Below, piece after piece: positions 55,201-64,000 of a DNA stretch of 64,000 nt. Made by a program: the position numbers and the translations under genes. How positions within the stretch are numbered: position 1 is the stretch's first letter; every line of letters starts with the position of its first letter. The notes below the pieces were generated by a model. It saw nothing but the letters and a program-made list of their open reading frames with translations, ran no database searches and had not been told where the DNA came from. Origin of the DNA: Macrostomum hystrix (Eukaryota > Animalia > Platyhelminthes); assembly GCA_950097015.1 (NCBI GenBank), contig CATNEN010000033.1, positions 558,001-622,000 of the forward strand. Reading direction: 5' to 3'.

Positions 55201-56048
55201 GCGTTGAGAACGGTGGTGCCGCCTGGATCCTGCTGAACCCGACGTCCAACGCTATCATCCGTCGGGGCCATGCGGCTGCTGGGAAATGGTGCAGTTCCTT
55301 TGAAGCGGAGCTGACCGCTATCCACCTGGCCCTGGAGGACATCGCCGCCACTGCTCCGCCCGCTGCCGCCATCCTTACGGACAGCCAAAGCGCAATTTTG
55401 GCTCTCTCTGCCGATCGTCCAACGTTCAACTCACTTCTTGAGAATGTGAAACAGCTGCTGGTCTCGGTTGCCCAGAACACCAAGATCACCCTCCAATGGG
55501 TACCCGGCCATGCTGGGGTGCCGGGGAATGAGCTGGTCGATACCGAGGCTGTAGTGCACTGCGTTGCCCTCTCCCTCTGCCCTCTCCTGCGTTGGCACTA
55601 CAGAGGCCAAGCTAGCGGCCGCCCTTCCGCAAGAGGACGTTGGCATCTCCATTGACGCTGCCAAGGAACGCATCCGCCACCATTGGAATTTCAAGCCAGA
55701 CCTCCAGGGGCACCTTCTCGAGGTGTTCGGCTCTACTGTTACGCACCACGCTGGCACCCGTCGCCAACAGGTCCTCATCGCGCAGATCCGGGCCGGACAT
55801 TGCCCTAAATCCGCCTACTACAAGAACCGCACCGGCATCGCGATTGAAGATCTCTGCCGCCTCTGCGGTGATGCTGTCGATCAATTCCACCAGTTCTCCT
55901 GTCCAGCTATCGACGCCGTTCGTCAAAGAAACAACATCAACGTCTTGTCTGATTTCGCACGCGCCGACGTGATGGCGCTGCTCTTGGAGGCCATCGACTG
56001 GTGCCCCCTCTGACCGGCTCACCGCAGCCAACAACAACAGCAACAGTA
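52300..56048 (+). mobile_element. Non-LTR retrotransposon (I/Ingi-like): PHD-APE-RT-RNase H-zinc finger, degenerate
   Basis: PHD CAHC..CKIC..H..C..WRCTCC in frame with ILQWNADG..QESKL; APE C-half deleted near 53060; RT YRPVSL..QAGF..GVPQG..YADD; in-frame TGA 54540-54542; RNase H FTDGS..E..TDS..WVPGHAGVPGNE; GHC..CRLC; (CAA)n tail at about 56029-56048. 5' boundary approximate. Confidence 0.92.
55550..55602. mobile_element. 53-bp insertion with TGTAGTGC..GCACTACA ends and 5-bp TSD
   Basis: TSD GAGGC at 55545-55549 and 55603-55607; removing the 58 bp restores the RNase H reading GNELVDTEA-KLAAALP. Confidence 0.88.
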
Positions 56049-56388
56049 GCAGCTTTCCGATGTTCCCGGCGTCGTTCCGGGAATTTGTCGTGGCCTCCGC
56101 TGCTGCGGAGTTGGAAGATGCCCTAAGGGGCTCAGTTGCGGCATCAAGTGAGTTGGTGGCAGCGGAGGCCACGATGCCCGGACGGCGCCGGGCGGAACAA
56201 GCGATGGCCGCAGCCCGCCATGCTACGCATGGCCATGGTCCGCCGCATAGCTGCGGGCTTGGACCCCTATGTGAGAAGTCGATTTCGATTCTTATTTTCA
56301 TTTGAATATTTAATAACACATCTGATAACATCTGAGCTAACAAACTAAATGAAACCTAAAACCCATCTTTCATCCCGCAGCCCGGTAT

Positions 56389-56700
56389 GCTATGAGCCGG
56401 GTGATGAGCCGAGCCGGTTGTCCTATGAGCCGGGTGATGAGCCGAGCCGGTTGTCCTATGAGCCGGGTGATGAGCCGAGCCGGGTGTCCTATGAGCCGGG
56501 TGATGAGCCGAGCCGGGTGTCCTATGAGCCGGGTGATGAGCCGAGCCGGGTGTCCTATGAGCCGGGTGATGAGCCAAGCCGGGTGTCCTATGAGCCGGGT
56601 GATGAGCCAAGCCGGGTGTCCTATGAGCCGGGTGATAAGCCGAGCCGGGTGTCCTATGAGCCGGGTGATGAGCCGAGCCGGGTGTCCTATGAGCCGGGTG
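56389..56700. repeat. 33-bp GC-rich minisatellite, about 9.5 copies
   Basis: Unit CTATGAGCCGGGTGATGAGCCGAGCCGGGTGTC. Confidence 0.94.
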
Positions 56701-58126
56701 TGATGACTTATTGACTAAATTAATTTAATTAAATTAATTGATTAATTGTAAATATACTAGTTGGGAAGAGTGAGCCAGTTTAATAGTTTTCACAATACAT
56801 AACTTCTTATCTTGGTTATTTATTTCATCATTAGAATAATATATATAGATAGTTTTCATTTTTAGTATATAGATGAACTGACTGAGAACGGTTATGTGGT
56901 GTACATTGGCGATGAGGCGTAATACAAGACCGACTTAATAGTAATCGATCAATCTGATATATAATATCAAGTTATCTTCATACAAGTTTGTTCAGTAGAA
57001 AATAAAATAAGAATAATGACGGAGAACTTGAAAAAAGGTAAATTAAAAACGACAAATAAATTATTTTACGCTTCCGCCAAGATAAAAAAGTTAAGTTTAT
57101 ACAAGTTTCTCATGTAAAAAAAAACATTATTAAAAACTGATAAGTTTGAAAAAGTAAAGTACAAACGACTAATAAATTATTATACGCTTACGTCTTGCTA
57201 GATATGCCAAGATGGACAATTAAAACGTGCAAACTGGGTATTTAGTGCATAAAATCGTGCGTATTTTAACATAGACATATCTGCTTGGTACAGCTCGATT
57301 TTTTCGCGATTTTTTTCTTCGTATCCACATTTTTTCTTTCGAAAATACAGTCAGACGTTTTTGGCCATAGACACAAAAACGACTGCATATAATTCATATT
57401 GTATTTCATGCAGTATTTTTGCAAAAGTTCTTTAAGTAACGTAGCTATATCTATGGTATTTTCGCGAATAGAGCCAGACATTTCATCTATTAGTATTTGC
57501 GCAGTGTTAAATTTTTTTTTCGCGAAAGTACATACGCATTCGTAAGTCAATGATCGTTGACTGCTTGAGATCTGTGCATATTGTGGCAGTGGTAAAAAGG
57601 TAAGAAGGCTCTTGTGGAAGACAGCATCGTCACACCGGACTGCTACGGTATTGTAGTGTAGTGACTCGGTGTGACGGTTCCGTGGTTCACATACTGCGAC
57701 ATGTCACATACTGGTTGAACAGTAGAATGTATTTTCGCGTCCTTCAACGGAAGCTGCTAAGATTTCAGCTGGCTAATGCTCATATTGCCCTCAGGCCGCA
57801 CGTTAGCCAGATTTCAGCTTTTTTCTGAAAGCTTTCATCTGGCTAACGTGCGGCCTCAGGGCAATGTGAGCAGCCCGCACTGCTCTGCACCCGGTCATCC
57901 GTTTTAAAATATAAATAAATTAAAGATAAAAATAATTTAGTGTTTGTTATTTGTTTAATCGTTAATAGTACACAATAGTACACAACTTCTTATCTTGGTT
58001 ATTTATTTTATCATTAAAATAATATGAACTGACTGGTGGTTATGTCGTGTACATTGGCGGTGAGACTTACTTATACAAGACCGACGTAATCGTAATCGAT
58101 CAGTCTGATATATTATGTTGTATATA

Positions 58127-59894
58127 CGAGGGGTTTTCACATAACTCTTTTTAACAGCTAACAAGAATAACAGGAACACATTTATTTTATAGCGGCTTTA
58201 TTTGCAAATGACACAGTTAAAGAATTTTGAAAATATCACTAACTGTTCAAAAGTTATGCCTCCTTAACTGCAGTGGGGTACTGCATCTAAATACATGAAC
58301 AGGAACATGGAGGTTGCATATGGAACAACATGAAACAGAAGGACAGCTGTCTTTCAAAAAACTTCAAATGTCATCCTCAGTGGCAACTGAGACCTTCTCA
58401 ACATAGTCACCCTTCAGTTGGATGCACTTCTTCCACCGGGTAAGCATGCCGTCAATGGCATCTGCATATGTCTGCCTTGGCATTTCGTGAACAAGAACCC
58501 GTCGCACTTCTTGCTCAAGGCAGTCACGGTTGGCATGAACTCTGCCCCTCAGAAGCTGCTTGAGCTTCGGGAAGATAGTGAAATCAGCTGGTGCCAGGTC
58601 CGGTGAATACAGTGGGTGAGGCAGGAGTTTGAATTGCATTTTTTATTGCTTCGAGTGTCTTTTGTGCAGTGTGGGGCCGAGCATTGTCATGATGAAGAAG
58701 CATTGGCTTCACTGGAGTTCTCCGCTTGTTTGGGATATCCTTCTTCAGCTTCTTCAGCAAATCAATGTAGCGGTCCGAATTGACAGTGGCATTTGGCTCC
58801 AGGAAGTCAATTGTCAGTGGCCAATGACAGTCGAAAAAGTGCTAAAGCATCACCTTCTGGCAATGGGTCTCACGTCGAGCCTTGATGGGCGGGTCAGAAC
58901 CTTTCATCGTCCACACCTTGGACTCCTCCTTGGTCGAAGGGTCGAAGTAGGGGATCCAAGTTTCGTCTCCAGTGACCACCAGAGAACGGGTAGAGCTCCA
59001 TCCTCCATGTTGATCAACCAGCGTCAGATTGCCTTGGCAGGTCTGCTCTCGCTGCATCTTCATGTCAGGGGTGAGAATCCTCGGAACCCACCGAGCACTC
59101 AGCTTGACCAGATCCATGTTTTGCATGCAGAGATGGACAGTTGACTTTGGTGTGTCCCACCTGTCAGCGATCTCGCGGATTGTCAGTCGAGCATCGGTAT
59201 CAATAAGGTCAAGGATTCGATCACCCAGAGCTTTGGAAGCAGATGCTGGAGGTCGTCCAGATCTTGGCAAATCAGCCACATCCGTACGCCCAGCTTCAAA
59301 CTCTTCAATCCAGCGGTACACTGTGCTCCTGGATACTGCTTCAGGCCCATTAATCGTGCTCAGCTGTGTGAGAATTTCAGCACCATTCAACCTCATACGC
59401 CAGAGGGTGTAGGCCGAGCAATGCTGTGCTGTCTTTGAGTGGACATCCATGGATCCACAGATTAAGAAAAAATTCTGGCAAGCTTGGCAACAAAGGCTTA
59501 AGCTTGCTCTGCTCACAAAATGAGTATCTTCAGTGGCTGTTTCATAGCGCCACACAAGCAGAAGCAAATGAACATTTTACCATAGATATAGAGAGTGATG
59601 ACGTGGCACACGTCATCACGCTAGAGATTTTGCGCACAAATTTAAATTTGTATCATTTCTGTGAGATTTCAAAATTGTAGTTTAGTTCGAGTTCAGGATG
59701 TTCATGTATTTAGATGCAGTACCCCACTGCAGTTAAGGAGGCTTAACTTTTGAACAGTTAGTGATATTTTCAAAATTCTTTAACTGTGACATTTGCAAAT
59801 AAAGCCGCTATAAAATAAATGTGTTCCTGTTATTCTTGCTAGCTGTTGAAAAGAGTTATCCGAAAAAGTCATAAGACTTTTTGGACACCCCTCG
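58127..59894 (-). mobile_element. Mariner (DD34D-like) transposon with long TIRs (175/196 bp) and TA TSD
   Basis: Ends TA|CGAGGGGT ... ACCCCTCG|TA; the empty site is visible in module-B copies at about 48377 and 60495. Confidence 0.95.
58364..59430 (-). pseudogene. Mariner transposase, frameshifted
   Basis: VYRW..F..G..D.PRSGRP, WVPRILT, TGDETW, HHDNARPH, HPLYSPDLAPADF; breaks near 58850 and 58640. Confidence 0.92.
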
Positions 59895-60784
59895 TATATT
59901 GCGCAAAACCTGAGAATAATGAAGTGGACTTGAAACTAAAATAGGTGTAATAAGAATAGACAGTAGCGGTATTGAGTGGGAGTTACTGTGCCGTGGTTCA
60001 CATACTGCGACATGTCACATACTGGTTGATATCAATTTTCAATTTGACGTTGTACATCGCATAGCTGCTCGTGCCAGTTTCAACTTGACGTTGTACGTCT
60101 GCGCAACGCAAAATACAACAGTATTTTGCATAAACGTACAATGTCGAACTTGACATTGCCTATGCAAGTCTCAACCTCATGAGTGTTTTCTGGTATGTCC
60201 TTATTATCCCACTGTCTTTCGAATATCTTTTGTATTTTTTAATGTTTCATACTGTTTTTGTATGCCAATTTTATGAAATTATAAAATAAAAGCAAGTTAA
60301 ACTCGTGGTTTTTAGCTTTTACTGTTTGATTGTATTGGTTTTATAGTTCTCACAATACATAACTTCTTATCTTGGTTAATTATTTTATCATTAAAATAAT
60401 ATGAACTGACTGGTGGTTAAGTCGTGTACTTTGGCGGTGAGACTTACTTATGCAAGACCGACGTAATCGTAATCGATCAGTCTGATATATTATGTTGTAT
60501 ATATATTGCGCAAAACCTGAGAATAATGAAGTGGAATTGAAACTAAAATAGGTGTAATAAGAATAGACAGTAGCGGAATCGAATCGCTTAGAATCAATAT
60601 GTACAAGCGTAAAAGTTTATATTATATTTTTATATCAACATATAATAAATCAATGAGGATGAAATTCAGTCTGAATTTAATATAGTGAGTCGATTATTCA
60701 GCGAGCCAGTCAGACAGACAGACAGACAGACAGACAATGCAGCCCAATCTGAGTTGCACGCCGAGCCAATTGAATTGAATTAAA

Positions 60785-62292
60785 TCAATTGCAGCACTGA
60801 CATTGTCGCGCCTTGATCAATCGGCCGTGTCTTGACACTGTCGTAGTCAATATATTGTGTGTGCATACACAATACGAGCGTCTAGATGCATAAAAAGCAT
60901 CAGTCGCAGGTATAGTAGACTGTGATGACTGCACATCATTTATTGACATTGCGACATCGTCGTCAAGGTCGGCGGTCAGAACCAGTTCTGCTGCGGCATC
61001 GGCATCTCCTTGCGGCACTGTCACATCAGATAGCTGTTCATCCGAATCGTTGTTGACATCACCAATGATGATCTCCATTGCGACATCAAACAATTCATCG
61101 ATGTGAGCCTCCGACTGGGCAGCGAAGTCAGATCCAGTGACAGCAGCAGCAACACAATCCGTATTAGTAGACACAAATTGGTTAGCGGCAGGTTGCATCA
61201 AGTCAAGCAGAATCTGCGCCATTTCAATGTCTTCACTGTAACCAGATGATGTACCAATACATACAGAATGTGTGCTGACATTGGCTTCGATTGAAACATC
61301 GGTCACAGAGTTTTGTGCACATACACCAACTGTCGCTGTTGTTACTCTTGGCGCACAGACAGGAATAAAAACAGGTAGCGGCACCGGAACGAAATACGGC
61401 ACCTCCACAGTTGGAATTGGCAACATCGGCATCGCAGGTGATCCGATTGGCTCAATTTGCAACATCGGCATTGATGGCGATGGTACTGGCGAGCACGATT
61501 GGATTGTTTCTGCTGCTGCTGCTGCTGCTGCTGCTTCAATCGCAGTGATTAAACGGAGTAGATGTGCAAATCGGATGCCGTACTGATCCAATTGACACAC
61601 TGTCCGCTTGGCGCACATGTTCAGCAGGCTCGTCATAATAAGCTGCATAGATGATGCCTGATTCATCTGCACTATCATCTATGACAATGGTTTCGATTGC
61701 TGGCTGCTCTGCCGCTGGCTGCTCTGATGCTGGCTGCTCTGATGCTGGCTGCTCTGCTGCTGGCTGCTCTGCCGCTGGATGCTCTGCTGCTGGCTGCTCT
61801 GCCGCTGGCTGCTCTGCTGGCAGTCGACGGGCAATGTAGCGCTCGTGCATGTAGTCGACAATCTCGCCGACCACAGCTGGTAGTGGATCCAGTTGTTCAA
61901 TCTGGACCACTTCGCCCATTGCCGCTGCTCCCGCCACTGCCACTGGCTGAGCTGGTTGGCCACCGACGCGACGCTGCGGATTCCGCTTACATCTATCTAT
62001 ATTGATGATGCAACATGTTGGATGTTATTTTGTTGCAATGCGGACACGCTAGCACACGTCCACCGGCAGCGACATCTACACCAGCCCGCTGTAGTTGCAG
62101 CATCTTCCAGACGGCAATTCCACGCTCCTTAACCGACGCGAATAATGATGGCCGTTGACCAACAGGTAGGACTGTCCAGTCAAACTCGACATGGACAGCT
62201 TTATGCGCCTCTATAAAATGTCTTCGCATCATATTGGCGCGGATTTTCTTGCCGCAGAAATGGCAGAAGCGGAGTCCGTTCTTGTCTTCCAT
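60785..62292 (-). CDS. Orphan zinc-finger / Pro-Val-rich ORF cluster (possibly one spliced or decayed gene)
   Basis: 61993-62292 CHFC..H..H and CPHC..HH; a GTAAGC..CAG candidate intron near 61990-61947; EQPAA repeats; 60785-61678 VPYFVPVPLPVFIP plus an acidic tail. Confidence 0.4.
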
Positions 62293-62689
62293 TGCAGCTT
62301 AAGTATAGTCGTTCGCTGGCTAGCTTGCTGAATAATCGACAGACTGGGTTGTGACTGACTTTTAATTATCGATTTGCGTGCGCGCGCGCATATATTTACC
62401 AAGCAACTGCCCATATTCTGTACAGAGAAGCAGTCGGACACATAGACATAGGCAGACATCGTCAACTGGGTCTAAGCTATTTCCTTATATAGTATTTTCG
62501 CAAAAATACTGATATGTTCTTAAACGAAGGTAAGGGCAGTATTTTTGCAAAAGTTCTTGAAATTGGAAAATAATGGCATTTTTCGCGAAAACGCTCATAT
62601 GTTCTCAAAAGGAAGGTAACGGCTTTTTGCAACATGCAGTACTCAAAAGAATTAATGATTATTATTTTCACAATATTTTTGCGAAAAAG

Positions 62690-63960
62690 ACGTCTTCTAA
62701 AACGGAGGGGTCGGAGTCCCGAAGGCCCTCATGCAGCTTTTGGCTGAACGTGGGCCAGTCGGTGTTTCTGACATTACGCCTCCAAACAGTCTTTTGCTTC
62801 TTATCGGGAGTACCGATGTTGAAGCGGATGAAACGGTGGTCCGAGAGTGAGCTTTCGGTCTCCCACACCTACCACCCCAGCACCCTTGGGAGGATGCCGG
62901 GTGAGGCCAGGGTGACGTCCACCACCTCGGCCCACCGCCCATTGTCGAACGTGGGCGTGTTGCCCACATTGCAGAAGTTAAGAGGCGTGCCGCTAACGAA
63001 GGCCAGGAGCTCTTCGCCACGGTCATTAATTTTTGAGCTACCCCAATGGGTGTGATGTGAGTTCACATCTCCCGCGAGGAGCAGCTCAAAGTTACGTGCC
63101 CTGGCGAAATCGCAAAGGGTGACGAGGGGGGCATCGCCTGCCAGGTAGGCGGATGCCACGAGGGTCAGCTTGTTGGGCAAAATATGTGCAGATTGAATGA
63201 CGCAGATGTCCCCGTTAGAAAGATCGGGTCTCATCCACGCATTTAAGGCTTTTGCAGCATAGATCAGAGATCTGGGGCGGACAGAGTCTTCCATGCAAAA
63301 GCAGTCATAGCCAGCAGGAATGTTACTTGGCTTGTTTTTCGATAACCAGGGCTCCTGCACAAGTACAAGGCCTGGCATCATGCGCTCTGTCGTGCGCATC
63401 AGATTGACTGACGCTGCCACGCAGTGCTGGGTGATCCCGGGGATCATCATGCAGGCAGAGGTCTACTTGGAGGGGGACTCAGCCAGAAGGCGGTCCTCCT
63501 CCTCCGGGTCGATGTCGGTAGCCATGGGCTCCTCCGTGCCCCGGCCCCGAGCCAGAGGCGGGAACTCGGCGGGGTCAGCCGCCCAATCCCCACCCCCGGC
63601 CCCGAGCCCAGGCCCACAGTCTCCCTCAACCGGTGCCAACACCGCTTTCTGGGCCGTGGGAGGGGCGCTCGAAGGGCCCTGCTCGTTAGAGCTGGGCACC
63701 TCAGACGCCTCCCCCGTAGCCCTAGGTTGCGGCGCCTGCCCCGGTGGGCCACCGCGCATCTCACTGCGCAGCTGGGTCACCTTGGCGGTTCGCACCACCT
63801 CGGAGGCCCGCTGGAGAAGGCCCCGGCGCTTGGTGGCGCGCGCGGAGCGACGCTCAGAGCTGCCGGCAATGGCGCGCTCTGGCCTTTTTGGCGAGACGAC
63901 TGGGCCCTGCCCCCGCCAACCAGGTTGGTGACACTCAGTGTTGTGGCTCCTGCACTCATT
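62690..63960 (-). mobile_element. 3'-truncated R1-like non-LTR element: disordered N-terminal ORF and APE endonuclease
   Basis: HCVAAS..LVQEPW..SAY..GDVNSHHTHWGS..NDRGEEL..PTF..DVTL..SDH..RNTDW, then an abrupt switch into module C at about 62690; no RT. Confidence 0.85.
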
Positions 63961-64000
63961 TTGAATGTTTGACTGCTGATGTCGCTGAAACTCTCGTGCC

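Noticed and set aside
53049-56343. Multiple minus-strand ORFs over the LINE
   Set aside because: GC-rich antisense frames of RT and RNase H.
56349-56714. SYEPGDEPSRV repeat protein
   Set aside because: 33-bp minisatellite open in several frames; no gene context.

Overview
Animal (metazoan) genomic DNA, with no prokaryotic features or CRISPR arrays. The dense 24-54 bp minisatellites and GC-rich exons would fit a flatworm such as Macrostomum (inference only, not verified). Left part (1-36 kb): three host genes. These are an intact 11-exon class B1 GPCR resembling the PDF receptor (minus, 5899-18233), a head-to-head candidate single-pass TNFR-like receptor whose stalk is 23 perfect N-glycosylation repeats (plus, 19138-20574), and a 6-exon prosaposin (minus, 22251-36008) whose intron 1 holds a full-length antisense Ty3/Gypsy element. 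That element carries an extra non-env ORF, and a MITE sits in its 3' LTR. Right part (36-64 kb): a nest of mobile elements. It contains a THAP/P-element, several Crypton-like tyrosine-recombinase (YR) remnants (two bounded by inverted repeats), and a second Gypsy with identical LTRs but no integrase core. It also contains a Penelope fragment with a minimal hammerhead ribozyme, a PHD-APE-RT-RNase H LINE interrupted by a 53-bp TGT..ACA micro-element, a long-TIR mariner, an R1-like LINE fragment, and a modular repeat family with TTTTCGCGAAAA clusters around orphan ORFs. Best leads: the in-frame tandem array of 11 splice acceptors in the GPCR, the Gypsy ORF3, the hammerhead, the glyco-repeat receptor, the TIR-bounded YR elements and the 53-bp element. 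All calls come from reading the sequence by eye; no database search was run. Several single-base frameshifts fall in homopolymers and may be long-read errors.
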